Source: Camelus dromedarius (Eukaryota). Taken from it: DNA of 64,000 nucleotides. A program made the translations under genes and the position numbers. The stretch spans positions 120,344,001 through 120,408,000 of the forward strand of contig NC_087437.1 in NCBI RefSeq assembly GCF_036321535.1, written 5' to 3'. Under the pieces are notes generated by a model. The model did not search any database, was not told the DNA's origin, and worked only from the letters and a program-made list of their open reading frames with translations. Positions 62,818-64,000 of the stretch are shown here, in pieces. Position 1 is the stretch's first letter, and every line of letters starts with the position of its first letter.

Positions 62818-63026
62818 CTACGCGTCGTGCTCCAGAGCGCGGAGGTCCTCCAGGAGCTCCCGGGCCGCGGTCTGCAGGTGGGAGTTGCGGCTCTCGGACA
62901 TGGCCCGGATGCGCTGCAGGGGCAGGGAGCTCCGGAACTCAGACGCCGCCTTGGAGAAGACTTCTGGCTCCAGAACCACAGACTGGACAAGTCGCAGCAC
63001 GTGGAGACACACCTCTGCATCCGGAT
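62818..63026 (-). CDS. HSF2BP: Last coding exon of HSF2BP/MEILB2 (meiotic BRCA2-binding armadillo-repeat protein), C-terminal 69 residues
   Basis: Minus strand reads ttctaac (branch point, 63057-63051) ... cctcttgcccctag|ATCCGGATGCAGAG. This is a phase-1 acceptor giving (D)PDAEVCLHVLRLVQSVVLEPEVFSKAASEFRSSLPLQRIRAMSESRNSHLQTAARELLEDLRALEHDA*, with TAG at 62820-62818. The peptide matches my recollection of the mammalian HSF2BP C-terminus. Upstream exons lie outside the window. Confidence 0.85.
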
Positions 63027-64000
63027 CTAGGGGCAAGAGGCAGCGCTCTGGTTAGAAGACGGCCTCTGCGGGGCCCTGGGCAGGGCCACCCCTCGAGGGC
63101 GCCTGGCCTTTCGGAATGACAGGTGTGACAGTTTGGTAAACTCTGGGCTGTCCCAGAACTCTGTCACTTCTTGATGTAAAAGCTTAGCTCCTAAGAGGAG
63201 CATGACAAAACGCAGCCATCCTCCACGCAGGAACACTCTACCTTCAAGTATTACTCACAAAAATGCTGGATTAAGACTACAAGGACTTTGAGGGAAGGGA
63301 CAGACTGGGATTTCAAAATGTAGAACAGATAAACAAGATTGTGCTGTGTAGCACAGGGAAACATATACAGGATCTTGTGGTGGCTCACAGCAAAAGAGAA
63401 TGTGACGATGAATGTATGTATGTTCATGTATAACTGAAAAATCGTGCTCTACACTGGAATCTGACACAACATTGTAAAATGACTATAACTCAATTAAAAA
63501 AATTAAAAAGAAAAAAGAATACAAGGACTTCTCCTGTAGTCTGCTACAATTCTGTCCACTTAGAAGGTTGTCATAAAAGTTATCACTTCATCTTCACTCC
63601 GAGTGCAGCAAGTCCCCCGGAGACCACGCAGAGACAGCCTCTCTTCAGGGCCACTGGCCTCCACAAAGTCACTGGCTGTAACAGTCAAGCCGCGTTCCAC
63701 TTTCTTCCACGTGGCGCTCCCTGCAGCTGCAGGACCCGCTAGCCCTGCATGTACTACAACCGCCACTGGAAAGCAGCCAGGCTAAAGCAGCCGCCCGGCA
63801 CAGAGCCCCAACCCCAGCAGGAGGGCACCTCCTTGCGTGTCTCTCTGCTGGGAGCCGCTAAGTGCCACTGATTCCCTTCTCGACTGGACACCGTCATGGG
63901 AACCAGGCTCCAAATCAGCACCACTTTCTTAGCACTATACTTCAAAGACCTTTTCAGAAGTAAGCGGATTGAACGAGGAGACGGAACGAACCCTCAATGG
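63027..64000 (-). other. HSF2BP: 3' part of the last intron of HSF2BP
   Basis: Upstream of the AG acceptor at 63028-63027; contains a short L1 insertion. Confidence 0.7.
63289..63514 (+). mobile_element. 5'-truncated young (camelid-type) L1 3' end with A-tail
   Basis: L1 3'UTR motifs (tgtagcacagggaa...gacacaacattgtaaaatgactataactcaattaaaaaa). 16-bp TSD with one mismatch: aagactacaaggactt 63273-63288 / aagaatacaaggactt 63515-63530. Confidence 0.9.

Noticed and set aside
62767..63030. Plus-strand 87-aa ORF
   Set aside because: Antisense shadow of the HSF2BP exon; the splice and poly(A) signals support the minus strand.

Overview
Mammalian genomic DNA, GC-rich and almost entirely non-coding. 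A tRNA-derived SINE of the Vic-1 type (~56257-56392) and the style of the young L1 3' ends point to a camelid (alpaca/llama/camel). The only credible protein-coding sequence is a minus-strand terminal exon at 62818-63026. I recognise its peptide from memory as the C-terminus of HSF2BP (MEILB2). It has a clean branch point/acceptor and an AATAAA at 62310-62315. If human synteny holds, the rest of the window is the intergenic interval between the HSF2BP 3' end and the SIK1 promoter. That interval contains L1 relics, MaLR/ERV solo LTRs, MIR/L2 fragments, micro/minisatellites and CpG-rich patches. Nearly all ORFs in the supplied track are chance ORFs of GC-rich DNA. I found no new multi-gene system. 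The most unusual structure is an inverted repeat at 29603-31626. Its inner 222-bp arms are 220/222 identical around a 978-bp spacer, while its outer parts are clearly diverged. The identity step falls right next to an LTR insertion in one arm, which suggests arm-to-arm gene conversion or recurrent inversion. Repeat family names come from recalled consensus sequences, not from a search, and repeat boundaries are approximate unless a TSD is given.
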